Shown here: positions 1 to 13,253 of the stretch, piece after piece
How the letters are laid out: each line of letters begins with the position of its first letter
Numbering within the stretch: position 1 is the first letter of the stretch
Assembly: GCA_977018835.1 (NCBI GenBank)
Contig: OZ361257.1
Location: 3,410,001 to 3,474,000, forward strand
From: Minutocellus sp. GHC0000111
Lineage: Eukaryota
Direction: 5' to 3'
Length of the DNA stretch: 64,000 bases
Notes under the pieces: generated by a model
The model's input: only the letters and a program-made list of their open reading frames with translations
What the model was told of the DNA's origin: nothing
The model's database searches: none
Program-made: the position numbers and the translations under genes

Positions 1-3000
1 GCAAAGAGGATTTCTTTGGCGGTGCTCAAGACGGAAGCTGGTGGCCTCCCAAACGTCGCGGAGAACAGTCATCTTCTCATCGACACAGGGGGCATCGGAT
101 CCGACGGCAATCTTGATGGAATCACCGGCAGAGGCAGTACCAATGTCGACGCAGGGCACGCCAGCGCTGCGGTAGGTGCTGGCGATAGTCTCGGCCTCAC
201 TGGCCGCAACCTCGATAACGAAACCAGTCTCTTCTGAGAAGAGAGTGCCAATCTCTCCGGCACCATCCTCGGCCTCGGGAACAGTCACATCAATCGAGCA
301 GTTTCCAGCGAATGCCATCTCAACCAGAGTAACGATGAGACCACCGTCCGATCGATCGTGGCCGGCCAAGATCTTCTTCTGGTCGATGAGGTCCTGGGTG
401 ACAAGGAAGGCACGCTTGAGAACGGAGAAAGTCTCCATATCGGGACTGTCGTTGCCAATCTGGTTGTAGACCTGAGCAAGGGACGAGCCACCGAGACGGG
501 CCTTTCCACCGCCGAGGTCGATGAGGAGGAGCTTGGTCGAGCCACCGGTGACCTTGAGGTCGGGAGTCACAGTCTTGGTAACGTCCGGACAGGTTACGTA
601 GCACGTCATTGTGAGCTCACCGGGAGCCTTGACGGTCTCCTCGCCGCACTTGGCAGCCATGGAAAGGGAATCCTTACCGCCATCAATGCCAGCGCCGAGG
701 GCGAGGAGGGAATCGCGAAGGGCCTGGCAGGCATCGTACATCTTGGCACCCTCCCCAGCCAGCTTGGCGGCATACATCCAGTTACCACTGGCCTTGATGT
801 CCTCGATCTTGGAGATCTTGGCCCACATGAGATTGGTCATGGCCTCGGCGACAGTCATACGGGCCATGGCGGCGGAATCAACCAGACCCTTGATGGGCTG
901 CTCACCACAGGCCACAGCGGTACCGGTGGTGCCAAAGTGAGTGTGTGCGGTAACTCCAACGTTGGCCAAGGGCAGCTGAAGCGGACCGACGCACTGCTGC
1001 TGGGCAATCAAACCGGTAACGGAACGATCGACCTTGTGGACAAGGAACCGCTTGGATCCAACCGACAAGAGACGGAGGACACGGTCAAGAGCACTGGAAA
1101 CGGTGGTTCCCTCAGGGAGCTCAAGAGGCTTGAGCTCCATAGTGCTGTGGTTGTCCACGAAGGTCTTCTGCGGCATCTTTCCAAGAACAAGCTCAAGAGG
1201 AAGGTCGACGGGAGTGGATCCATCCTTGGAATCATTCACAACGACCTTGCCATCGCCAGTGACCTCTCCCAAAATGCGAATAGGGCAATTCTCACGGTCG
1301 GCCAAACTCTGGAAGAGCTCCTCGTCGGACTTCTTGATGAGCAGACCATTGTTCTCCTGATACTCGGCACCCCAAATCTCAAGAACGGACAAAGTATTGT
1401 CACCAACATAGACCTTGCGGATATCGTACGTAGCGCCAGCAGGCTCGACAATCTCCTTCAGAACGTTGCCGTTGCCACCAGCACCCTGGTCATGAACACT
1501 CACAATGGGGTTGCGACCACCAAGGTCGCAGCAGGCCCTCATGAGACGGTTGACACGGTTCCACATCTCGGCATCTCCACGCTGGACGGCATCGAAATCC
1601 AAGGCGGCATTCTCGGCCGACTCACCGGCGGCCTTACTGGAGGCGGCACCACCGCCAAGACCGATGCGGTAGGCAGGTCCACCGATCTTGACAACGAGCA
1701 TGCCCTTCTCGGGCTCGCCCTTGGTGCAGTGACGGCCGTCGAGCTGACCAACACCGGCGGTGAACATGATGGGCTTGACCCACTCGAAACGCTCACCGTT
1801 GGGCAGACGCTGGCCGAAACTACGGGTGAAGCCATGAATGACGGGCTCACCGAACTTGTTACCGTAATCGGAGGCACCATCGGAAGCCTCGACCTCAATC
1901 TGGAGGGGAGTGGCGAGATTGTCGGGGTAGATAAAGGACTTGTCCTCCCAAGGCAGGTCGTAGCCAGGGATCTGAAGGTTACCAACGCAGTACGACGACA
2001 CACCGGCGACGGGGTAGGCACCCTGTCCGGTGGCGGTAACGTCTCGGAGACGTCCACCGGTACCGGTCTCGGCACCAGGAAAGGGAGCGACACCGCAGGG
2101 GAAGTTGTGCGTTTCGGCGGTAAGGAGGGGATGGAGGGTCTGCTTGTCCACCTTCATCGGTCCGGCCTTGCCGAACTGCGTGGGCAGAAGGGCATTGCAC
2201 TCGTATCCTCTGATGACGGAGGAGTTGTCATGGAAGGCAATGACGGAGTTGTTGGGAACATCCTTGGGCAGAGTCTCCTTGACCATCTGGAACAAGGTCT
2301 TGGGCTTCTCCTCTCCGTCGATGACCATCTTACCACCGAAGAACCAGTGACGAGAATGCTCCGAGTTGGACTGGCCCATATCGAAGCATTCGACGTCGGT
2401 GGGATCACGGCCGAGCTTTTCCTGTTGGGTTCAAATAGAAGCGGTTTGAATAGAGAGGTTGCGATATAATGAGTTAGTATATGCAGATGAGCAAAACCAA
2501 TATGCCAAAAATCCTTTGTAAGAAGGTCGAATCTAATATCCAATTCAGCATACCAATCAATCCACAACGTCGAGTCGATCATTCCATCATTCCATTCATA
2601 GCACGACGACACATACCTTGAAGAGGTTGGTGTAGTAATCGAGATCAAAGTCATCGAAGCCAAGTCCCATGGACTCATTGATCTTTTCGAGTGCGGCCCG
2701 ACCCTCCTTCATAATGGGCACGGTAATAACCTCCTTGGTAACGGCACCGCTCTCAAAGCTGTCGATGGGCCTGACGTACTCCTCCTCGGTCATGCGATCG
2801 TGCAGCATGGTCTTGATGACCTTGAGGGCCTGCGCCGACAGGTCCGACGTGGTGTGGAACTGGTAGCGCAGCGACCGCTCGAGGCGGTTGATCTCGGCAA
2901 GGCCGCACGCCGAGCAGATCGACACGGCATTCGACGAGAAGGCCGACGTGAAGGTCACGCGGGGACCGAATTCGACGGCAAAGGTCGTGTTGCCGTTGGT

Positions 3001-3264
3001 GGCGGCAGTCTCATCGAAAACAGACTTTTCCAGACGAAGGCCCGAACGGTCAAAGGTTTCGGCGAGGAGCCATTCCAGACGTTCCCGGCTCGTCGAGGAC
3101 AGTTCCGACTTGTCGTCGAGCTGAACGTTGAAGCAGGATTCCGTCTGGATCGACGTGATCTTGGCGGCATCTTCCGACAAGCCAAGATTCTCCAGCTGCT
3201 CCTTGATGGAGGGGAGGAGGGAGTGGGACGGCTCCGTCTCGCGATAGTAGTGAATGATGGGCAT
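1..3264 (-). CDS. PFAS: Phosphoribosylformylglycinamidine synthase (large PurL/PFAS), 5' part; exon 3264-2617, intron 2616-2422, exon 2421 to beyond the window start
   Basis: Exon 1 has VEFGPRVTFTSAFSSNAVSIC and LHDRMTE. GT donor at 2616 and CAG acceptor at 2422 join in frame to EKLGRDPTDVECFDMGQSNSEHSRHWFF, a PurL signature. Confidence 0.95.
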
Positions 3265-3827
3265 GGTGGTTATGTATGTGTTGGTAGATTTGAATTGATT
3301 TCAATGGTTTGTGCTGGGAGAGTCGAGTCTCGCACGAGATGTGCCGAAAAGATTCAAATGAATGTGCTTCTTTTTGACGCAGATGCGGGCAAAGAAAGCA
3401 AAGCTTCGGAAAATGAGCCGAAAGAGACGATGGGTTGCGTCTCGAGGAGCTGGTATTCTTCCTTGCTGCTTGCCACCGGAACGGGAGGGTCCTGGGTTGT
3501 AGCGGTATCTGCTTGGCTGGCTGGTTGAGAGAGAGCCGGGCGCGCCAAAAAATTTGAGCGGCTCGAAATTGTCGACGGGCGACGGATGGACCATCCAGGT
3601 CGTCAAGTCGTCATCGTCAACCACAGTCACTTGGCGGGGCCACGCCGCCACCGTACTTCCTACTTGTGCAAGCCTTCGATTACCGATAGACCTAGATCTG
3701 TGTATGTTATGATCTATAAGCTCCTTATCTGGCGCATAACAGCGCAGAACAAACTCATGTTATCTGCAAAACAGACACAGTCGTGCCTGTTCAATGTGGT
3801 GTGCCGGTAGATCTAATCTGTTAATAA

Positions 3828-4895
3828 TTATTCCTCCTCCCCGCAATACTCCGTCCACTGCTTTAACCGCAATGCCCTTTCACCTGCCAAATCATCTTTT
3901 GCTATGGGATGGTTAGGATCACTGATGCTATTCAACGGCATGGATACCCAATTGTTCTTTGGGCAAACCCCATCCTTGCCATCGATTGGACCTCGGTATG
4001 CAGTGTGGACGTCCCAGATTTTAAATGTGTGCCCCGTCACATTTGATCTGCCCTCCAAGCTGCTCTTCCAAAATATTTGTTCGCTCGGCTTTTCTGTTGT
4101 AAATGTATAGTTCAGCGAATTGAAGAAGAACTTCCCGTTCACCACTTGCTGGTCATCGCATTGCAGCATTCCATTCATGTCGCCATTCCACCCACCAGCG
4201 CATTGGTCGAGAACTGATTCCACGTAACGAATTCCGGCCGGCGATGCACGGATCCAAGCCATGCCGCCGCATATGGTAAACCCCATGCTGAGGAAGCGTA
4301 TCGGAAAATCACCCGCGTAGGCATGGAAGACGTCAAATTCCGACATTTCCATCTCCTCCACGCCCTGATATCGCATGAATATGTTATCCGCATCCGTCAA
4401 GAGGACGTTGTGCCCTCTTCGCAAATGGGCCAGCACGTGCACCCATCGTGTGCCAAATATCCTTCGTCTGTTCACTTGAGGCTTTGACAGTGGAAGGGGC
4501 CATTTCCCCGATGTCCGAGGAAGTATCGTCTCAACTGCCACACCCCGTTCCTCCAAATACTGATGCGATTCCTCATCAACCGTGGCAACAATATGAGTGG
4601 TATATCCCAGCTTGGACAGCCGCTTGTACCAGCTGTAAGCAATCTCCTTGTACGCTGCATTGGCTACTGCAACAATCTTGGTATTGTCGAGCTTTGTACG
4701 TGCTGCATGCCTATTCCTGTCGTTTGTTTCTTCTGCTGGTTGGGTTGGCCCAAACAGCAACCTGTCCAGGTCCGAGGGCAAATACTGCTGCGAACTATTA
4801 TTCAGTGTCGTCAACAATTCAACGTTGTTCTTGACAGCAAAGAGAGAGGTGATGAAGAGTATTGCAATGAGTCTCCACAATGACTTTCCGTGCAT
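3828..4895 (-). CDS. Nucleotide-diphospho-sugar transferase family (type II membrane glycosyltransferase)
   Basis: Hydrophobic anchor after MHGKS, then IVAVAN..Y...W, HIVATVDEE, LRRGHNVLLTDADNIF (DxD), ICGG and CDDQQVVN, all typical of this family. Confidence 0.75.
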   Translation of the reverse strand: MHGKSLWRLIAILFITSLFAVKNNVELLTTLNNSSQQYLPSDLDRLLFGPTQPAEETNDRNRHAARTKLDNTKIVAVANAAYKEIAYSWYKRLSKLGYTTHIVATVDEESHQYLEERGVAVETILPRTSGKWPLPLSKPQVNRRRIFGTRWVHVLAHLRRGHNVLLTDADNIFMRYQGVEEMEMSEFDVFHAYAGDFPIRFLSMGFTICGGMAWIRASPAGIRYVESVLDQCAGGWNGDMNGMLQCDDQQVVNGKFFFNSLNYTFTTEKPSEQIFWKSSLEGRSNVTGHTFKIWDVHTAYRGPIDGKDGVCPKNNWVSMPLNSISDPNHPIAKDDLAGERALRLKQWTEYCGEEE

Positions 4896-5250
4896 TTGTG
4901 CTTCGAAGTTGGCATAACAACTGCATTGCTTGCTGCTGGCCGCTGCATTATCGACATAGCATAGGTTGATGATGATGGCGGGCGCGCCCATCGACGGACA
5001 GAACAAAATTTGCATGTCATGTATGTACGAACAAACAACGATACCGCCGATAACGATTGGAGCAGAGGGCAGAGGCAAGAGCAGCGCATACCGAGCAAAC
5101 CTTGGCATCGAGTATCTCCTACAATTTTATTCTTTGCCGTGCTTTTGTGCTCGATATTGTCGCCTCGTCAGAATTCAACATTTTTCTTCGCCTGTTCACC
5201 ACGATTCCTCCACCGACATCGATCGAGAGAGATAATCGGCTCATCTCGTC

Positions 5251-6774
5251 ATGAAGTGCCGAAGACAATTCCAGCCCATTGCGCTTTGCTTGCCTCTTCT
5301 CGCTTCATAAGAAGCTCTGGCATTTTCAACGCATAATGGTCGTCCGTATATGTTGAACCATGCCGCTAGTCCAATCACCGTGACGACCCTATGTGCAACA
5401 TCCTCCTCTGACGACGACGATAACAGCAATAACCTACCAAACAACAACAAACTCAATCTGAGCACATCGGCTCGAGAACGGCGCAACGAGGAGCTCCGAC
5501 GTATGTCTCGTGCGGATGACGTTGTTATCGGCAAAACCTCTGCCAAGGCCAACGCCAAGGACTATGCCCTCGACCCCGACCAGACCGAACGAGAATGGTA
5601 CGGCCAGGCCAGCGATTTGGAGCGGGAGGTCAACGTGCAGACCGAGCGGGGATTGCGGGCGCTCAAATTGCTGGATTTGGACGAGGCCGACGAGGCGTTC
5701 AACAGAGTGTATGCGCTCAAGCCCGATGCCTACCTGTGGCAGGCCGGTGTGGTTAAGTACTACCGGGACGAACTGCTCGAGGCGGCCAAGTGTTTCGCGT
5801 CGAATGCCATGACGTACGAGACGAAATTCGCGGCAATGGGCATACCGGCCAGCGAGGAGCGGATATGGCGCGATGCGTGCCAACTCAGGGCGCTGTCGAG
5901 CAGTCGGATACGGATCAAGGGAGTGCGGAAGGGGGAGGGCGCCGATGGGCTGTATGCTCAGATCTACGACGACATTGTGGCCATGACGGCACCGCAGGTG
6001 GATCCCCTAGACGAGGAGGATGATGACCACAATGGGGAAACATCGTCTCGCGAAACCCGCAAGGTGATTCGGATTGTGCGGGATCTGTTCAAGGGGTCCA
6101 TTGACAACGACCTGTCTGCCGTGGCGCTGAACCGAGCCAAGCTCCGATCCATCACCGGGGAGTACGGCAGTGCACCGACGGCCGATCGGAAGAAGTGGAA
6201 GCTGAGCTCGTGGTACTACCTGGGGTTGCATTACGATGCCGTCGGTGAGATCGACGAGGCCAAGGCGTGCATGAAGATGGCCCTGCGGCAAGGGCAGAGT
6301 TCGGGAAACGGAGACGACATTATCAACATATTGCCTTTCCTGCACATGTCAATACGAGATTGGTTTGACGATGATGAGTTTAGCTTGGACGACGACATTG
6401 ATGACGAAGATGATGGCGGGGATTGGTCCAGTCTAACAAGTACTGGAACGGCTAATATATGGGACAAGGATGAACCTCAAACATACACGTGGTCAGCAAA
6501 CAAGGCAGCTACGGAGGACAGTGGGGTGAAGGCGGAAGACAGCAAGAAGCAAGGAGAGGTTGGTGGAGGGACAGCCGAAAAGAAGACACCGACGAAAGAT
6601 GACGGGGCTCGATCCGTGAAGATTGCCATCGAGGCGAGCTTGGAAAAGGTACGACTCGCTGATCTTCAAGAATCACTAAAGAAACGAGGAATGAAGACGA
6701 CCGGGTCCAAGGCAGAGCTACAAAAGCGATTACTGGATGCATTATTGGAAGATGCTGGATTTGGTGATAATTGA
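5251..6774 (+). CDS. TPR-like protein with C-terminal SAP domain, probably plastid-targeted; in-frame TAA at 5308-5310 inside the signal peptide
   Basis: ATG at 5251 is in frame with ORF 5350 (MKCRRQFQPIALCLPLLAS*EALAFS). TPR-like motifs AYLWQAG, SEERIW, YYLGLHYD. SAP-like end VRLADLQESLKKRGMKTTGSKAELQKRL. Confidence 0.7.
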
Positions 6775-8430
6775 GTAAATGAAATTATTATGAGTAATAA
6801 CTGATAAGGCCCTTCCACTAGCATTCAAGTCTTGATAAGTCGCAATGATGCTGGCTTGGTCGGCACTGAAAACACCCAAATCGTCTGGCCGGCGCACCCA
6901 ACGGCAACGCGCCGGCCAAGCTAAGCCTTTCTGCACGGCGCGCACCTGCCGTCGACAAGACCAAACCTCCGATCTGCTTCCGAAGTAAAGCAAGTTCCTC
7001 ACACATCTCGGAATCAAATCAACACCACGTCACTTCGCTTCCGGAACCAATGTGACATCTTTGTTTTCATGCGCGTAGTGTTGGCAGCAGCTAGCGCTGC
7101 TGCGCAAAAGCAAACGCGCCTTGAAGAGTTGCATGCAAAAAGCCACAATGGCGGACAATGAACGACTGGCAGGGAGAGGCCTCGTCGCAGAAGAGAGAGT
7201 AATGCACGACGCGCACCATGGTGCAATTTGGCTGGGTTCAAAAGCGATGATAGTGGCTCGATGATGAAATGTCGACTGTTCGGTGACCGTCAGAGCTCCG
7301 CCTCCAGGTCGGCAACGCTTCGTGTCGGTCTTTGATTTTCACCATCGGCAGCGGCAGCGGCAGCTTCGCCGACAGCTGTTTTCTCATCATTTGAATGGCC
7401 CTTGGTTTCGGCCTCCAAATCTTGAACGCTTCGCATGGTAGTCGTTCCATCTTTTTCGTCATCATCATCAGCAGCAGCTTCATGTTCATTGTTTGCACCG
7501 GCACCGGCAGCACCGCTCGCTTGTTGCTGTTCCTCCCCATGTCCTTCTTCCTGCTTCCTCTTGCTTTGTGCCATTACATGTGTTGTTGCGGGAGGCAGGT
7601 CAGGCGGCACAAACGTCAAAAGTCAAATAAATGACGATTGATTCAAAAAGACTAGAGTGGTCGAGGTGCTAGCTAGTGAACTGCTTGGGTAGCTACAATC
7701 ATGGCAAGAAGGCACAGAGCAAGCAGGATGCCATGCATGGACTGAGATGCCGCCATGCCTGCCTCGATCCTCGATCGCCATGGCCATGCCTGCCTTTGCT
7801 GGGGGGAAATCAAAATCTCTCCCTGCATTTCTTCCCCTCCTTCTCCTCACTTCAGGGGGTATCCTATCTTTTAGTCCATTTTCACCATCATTGTCGAGGC
7901 AAAATTCAAATCTGTCCACATAGCCCCCCTATTCTCCTAAGAGGCCCGGCCAGCTCGCACTGCGATTTTTGCCGCCAGTCCACGCGCCTGGTCTGGCGGT
8001 GGCGGTATCTCATTTCCTCACTCAACTGCCGAGGCGAGGAGAGTACGAGTGGACCGTCCACGGTTTGGTCCAGCAAAAAAGAGGACCCGCCAGACGGCCC
8101 TGAGAGCTTGGCTCGGTATCTGCCTGGCTTTCCTTTCCTACGCAAATCCGTCAGCTCGACCGAACCTCTCGGCAAGTATCAAATTATCAAATTCTTGAGC
8201 GAAACCCAGATTCATTCATTCATTCATTCATTTGTGCTCTGAAGCTCTGGATTAGCTACGGTAGCTGGCTGCGGGATATCTGGGACCTCTGGCCTTGCCT
8301 GACCTGCGCTGCCTTCTCCTTCAGACGAGCCGTTTGTTCCGTTGCGCCCGTGCAAGTTGCTGGCGGATTGAAGATTAGATACCTCCCGCTGACTTGGCTA
8401 CCGACTACTAGCTAGTCCAGCATAGCAACC

Positions 8431-11400
8431 ATGAGCGGTGGCAAAAAGTCGGGCAGCTCCAAGCCGGCCGACGGCACCAACAGCAGCCTCCGTTGCTCCT
8501 CCATAGTCGTCACCACGTCGTCCGGCCTTGGCGGCTTGGGCTTCAATGGCCACAATAACGGCCAATCGGAATCCCTCCCAGCACCGCAATGCGAGCTGAC
8601 CGTGTCGAAATCGGCGGGGATACGGGCCGGGCACAGGTGGACCATTCGGCACGAGGAGTGGGACTACGGCGCGTTCCGGAGGGACTATGGTGGGCGGTAC
8701 TTGGAGGATGGGGGTGATAATGGTGACGGTAGCCATGGCTGCAGCGGCAATGATGGTGGCAATGACAGTAACCGCCTCCTTGTCTTCCAGACCCGGCCCG
8801 ACGGCGCCTCTCCGTCCAAGCGGTTCGAGTGCCGTCTGCTCTCGTCTGCGTCTGCGTCCTCGCGGCAGCAGCAGCAGCAGCGAGTGGCGCGGTTCGTCCG
8901 AACGTTGGTCAAGATGCACGAGAAGTGGCGGGCCAAGCATCCCGGCAAGGCGCAGAGGCTGGTGGTGGATGCTAATAGTGCCAGCGGTAGTGGCAGTGCT
9001 CGTAGTGGCAGTGCTCGTAGTGCCGCCAGGGTGGGACGTGGCGGCATCGGCGGCAATGCTGGCGGTGTCACCCCCAGCAGTACCAGTAGCAGCGGGATGC
9101 ACCGGGAGCGGAGGGAGCGGCTGCGCCAAATTCAAATGTCGGCCCAAGCGGGCGGTGGTGCTGGTAGCGGTGGGGGGAGAATCACCCAGCTGGTGGTGGC
9201 GGCCCGTCGCAAGGGTGCGACTGGCAGTACTGGTAGTAGTACTGGTATCAGCAGTGGCAGCCGCAAGAGGAAGAAGGCCAACGATGACGATGCTGCCAAT
9301 GACGATGATGATGCCAATGATGATAGGAAAGGCCGGGATACCGAGGAACAAGATACCGATGGTACCGATGGTTTAGAGCAACCGATGCCGATGGACCTGG
9401 TCGACCTGGTCGTCAATACCGACGACGATGAAAAAGAAGATGCGGAAGAAATGGCCAGCAGTACGTCCAAGACCCTAACCAAGTCCAAATCCAAGTCCAA
9501 GCCCGACCACCTGAATCTTCGCGTCGATACCAACACGTCCGAGGCCGAGGCCGAGGCACTCCTGTTCCAGACGGCGGCCGAGAAGAGCGGCAGCGGTGCT
9601 ACAAGTTGTGCCACTACCACAACCACTACCACCAACACCACCGCCGCAGCCGGTGACTCCAAGGGCGGCAACGGCAAGTCCAGCAACAAGTCCAAGGCCA
9701 AGACGGTAACTCCCACCCCGACGGCGTCGACGGCCTCCCGGAAGGAGCAGCAGACCCAGCAGCAGGCCTCGCAGCAGCAGCAGCAGCAGCCGGGCATACT
9801 CCAATTCTTTGGGAAGTCGAACGCAGGTACCGCCACTGCCGAAAAGAAGACGGAGCGGGAGAAGGAGGAGGAGGCCGCAGATTCAACCACAGCCGTCGCC
9901 AATGCCGACGCCGCCATGGATACCGATGCCGATGCCGATGGCAACAGGAACGACGATACACGCAAGGTGGACGGCACCAATGATGGTAGTAGCAACGAGA
10001 ACAATTACAGTGGAGATGAAGACGGCGGCAATAACGAAGATGAAGAACGAAACCCCAAAATGGACACCACTGCCGACGGTGAGTCCAACTCCGACGGCTC
10101 CAGCGACGATGTCATGGATGTGACGGGCCATCAGCCCAAATTCAAGTCCAAGTCCAACCTCAACTTCTTCGGTAGTCCCTCTCGGACCAACTCCTCAACC
10201 AACGCTGCCAAGTTGAATCGCAGACGCAACACCACCTACGGCAGGAATCGGCCCTCGGCGTCCAGCCGAGCCCGGGGTGGTATCGACCATGGTCTCGTCC
10301 GTGCCCGTTCCCCGCCCGATTCTAATGGTGGCCGTGGTGGTGGCATCGGCCCTCCATCCAAGAAGAAGAGGCAGACAGAAATGGCTAGCACTACGTCGTC
10401 ATTGTCGGTGTCGGTCAATGAGGATCCCTACACCTTTGACGATGGCAAGCCCACGCCGACGTCGTATCTGTCGACGACGGATCTGACCTCCCGGCTGATG
10501 GGCGGGAGTTCCACGCCGAACCGTACATATGGCCGTAACCGATCCTCCTCGGCGTTGCCAAGCAAGAGGAGTCCGGGTAACCAGCGCTTGTTCCCGTCGA
10601 AAAGTCCTAGGAATGCCACGCCATTGTCTCGTATTGGACCAACCTCGATCTTCGACCGTCCGGTCGGTGGCAGACATTTCGGTGGGAAGGAACTGCTCGC
10701 TCAGCAGAAGAGGGCAGAGGAGGAAGAACCGATTAGCGATGAAGACGAGTACCAACGGGCAGGTGATCAGAGCGACGACGACGACGCCACCGTCGCGATT
10801 GACGACGACCGTTCGTGGGATGCCAACGGTGAGGCATCGATCCCCTCAACCCCGCCAACAGTCAGACGCACGGGCTACAATAGTGAGTCCATCATGCCGG
10901 GCAGGCTCCCACATTCTCGCCGGGGAGGTCGGTCCCAGGATGATTATGGGAGCCCCGTCCGTCGCCGTGATACATCCGTCGCCCATTCTCGTCGGTCACC
11001 CCAGAGCTGGGGATCTGCCCTCCGTGCTACCGCCAAGAAGAGCACTGGCATTGTTCGCGAGGCCCCCTTCGACAACTTTGGGAACTCTCCCGATACGCTG
11101 GGGGCTGTGAGGAAACTCGACGACCGATTTGGACGTTGTGAGTCGCCAATGAAGGAGGACAACGATGATGGTCTGTACGATACCGATGACGAAAGAGCTC
11201 GTAAGAAGATGAAGCGCTTGGCCAATAACCCGTATCGCTCCCCTGGGTCCAGAATCCACAATCGCGATAGTTTGGAGAACGAACAGCAGTCCCGATACTT
11301 CAATGACCACCAAATGAGCACGGCGGACTCTGCCCTCCTGCCCAGAGGCCCGATGAGGGGTGGTCTTGGGCGAGGCCGGCGTTTGCAAAGACATCAGGGG

Positions 11401-13082
11401 CACTCAATGAGGGCAAGGGGACCGGGCCGGCACGGAGACACCCCGTATCAGCAGCGCGCACGTCGTGGCCAAGATTACTACTCTGGTCGGAACTCTTCGG
11501 ACCGCACCAACTCATACTCGGATCGCAAAAAACCTTCCTGGGACTTCTTCAACAGGAGAGGGCGCAATGGTTTCGACAGGGCTGCAGAGCGGGCCAAGAA
11601 CAACGTTGCCACTGGACTGCGCAATCTTGGCAACACTTGGTAAGTGATTTGATATTACTTTTGAATCTCTCAAAGTTTACACGTCATTGGCATCGTTTTC
11701 TTACACTATTGCTACAATATCTCTTCCCTTCAATTCACTCAGTTACCTGAACTCGTCCCTTCAGACGCTCTTTTCGGTCGCTGGCTTTGCCACAGACCTT
11801 CGCTCTACCCGCGATCTCATCGTTGCCAAGTATGGTTCCCGCCAGGGCGATGAAGCCAAGGCCAAATTACCTCTCACCAATGCACTCATTGATACTGCTG
11901 TTGACCTTCGGGTGCTTCTCCTGGAAGAATCTGCAGGTCAACAAGCTGGCGAGGATGCTACCGAGGGCGATCGTAGAATCACCAGCCATAATCGGAACGT
12001 GTTTGCTAATCCCAAGGAGCTCAAGAAGGTCATCGACGCACTTACCGATTGGTTCCATGGCTACCAGCAACAAGATGCGCACGAAGCCATCGGCTTCATC
12101 ATCGATGCTCTGCACGATGAGCTTGCGGGAGCTGCAAAGGCGATCAAGGGCGAAACCATTGGTGCCGACGGGGCCAGCGGCGCCAAAGATGAGGACATCT
12201 TACTCCCCACGGACAAATTTTTCCGACTGGAATTCAGGGAGCAGAACGTATGTACAGAGTGTGGCTTTACTGGCGGGTAAGTAATATATCTGAGAATCTC
12301 CGGTACCGTTCGGTTTGTCGATCTTTCCGTTCTAACTTTGGTCTATCCTCTTTTGCGCTCTACGTAGAGAAATCACCTCGGTCCTTCGCAACCTCCCTAT
12401 CGCAATCAGCGAGGATGAAAATAAGCCCTGGACTGTCCAAGAGACTCTCGAACGCCACTTCGCACCCGAGACTCGTGATCTCAAATGCGAAAAGTGTCCG
12501 TGCAAAAAGGCGCGCCACACCACCCGTGTTGTGAAGAAGCCTGGGGCTCTTTTGCTCAGTTTCAAGCGATTTGTGCAGGAGATGCCAAGCCCCATGGTGA
12601 ATCATCAGGACAAGCCCGTAGATAAGGAAAATGAAAACGTCAACGGCGGTAGCACCGATGACACGCCATCTCTTGAGGGAGAAAGGGCTTCTGCCGCGAG
12701 TTCGGCCACTCCCGCCGCTGCTGCTTTCGTTGCGCCTCCCATTATTCGAAGCAAGGTTCGAGTCTGTCTGCAGGAGAAGGTTAGCCTCGCGCCATTCATG
12801 GTGAAAGACGACAAGGCCGACGATTCTACTCCAAAGTCCCATTCCTTTGACGCAGTAGGCGTCGTTCATCACATCGGAAGTACGCCACATTCTGGACACT
12901 ACACGGCCGACGCCGTACGCAATAGAGATCTTGGTCTTTTTGATGATAGCCAGCTAGGAGAAGGAGAGAAGAAGTGGGTGATCTTCGATGATACCGCGAC
13001 GACTTTTACCGATAAGATTACTGTCTTGGAGGGAGAGACGAGCCAAAGGAACACCTACATGGCAATGTATGTGGCAGAATAG
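8431..13082 (+). CDS. Ubiquitin-specific protease (peptidase C19) with a long disordered N-terminus; exons 8431-11639, 11743-12276, 12368-13082
   Basis: Splicing gives the Cys box GLRNLGNTCYLNSSLQ (catalytic Cys codon split by intron 1). Also QQDAHE, the zinc-ribbon cysteines, LLLSFKRF, the His box HHIGSTPHSGHYTA and WVIFDD. Both intron phases are consistent. Confidence 0.9.
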
Positions 13083-13253
13083 AAGACAAAGGAGCGAGCA
13101 TGTCGACGAATGTGTATGTATTCGGGAAAGGGCCTGCGGCATTGGATGATAGTCCTCTTTACTTCTATGGATAGCTCTGCCATAAGTCTAAAATGATTGC
13201 CGTAGCAAAGTAGAATTACACAGTGGCGAATGTAGTTAGCTAGTAGCTTCTCA

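Noticed and set aside
358..2469. 703-aa plus-strand ORF
   Set aside because: Antisense shadow of PFAS exon 2, explained by strong codon bias.
7238..7619. Short acidic minus-strand ORFs
   Set aside because: Low complexity with no supportable gene model.
8209..8232. (TTCA)n tract
   Set aside because: Ordinary short microsatellite.
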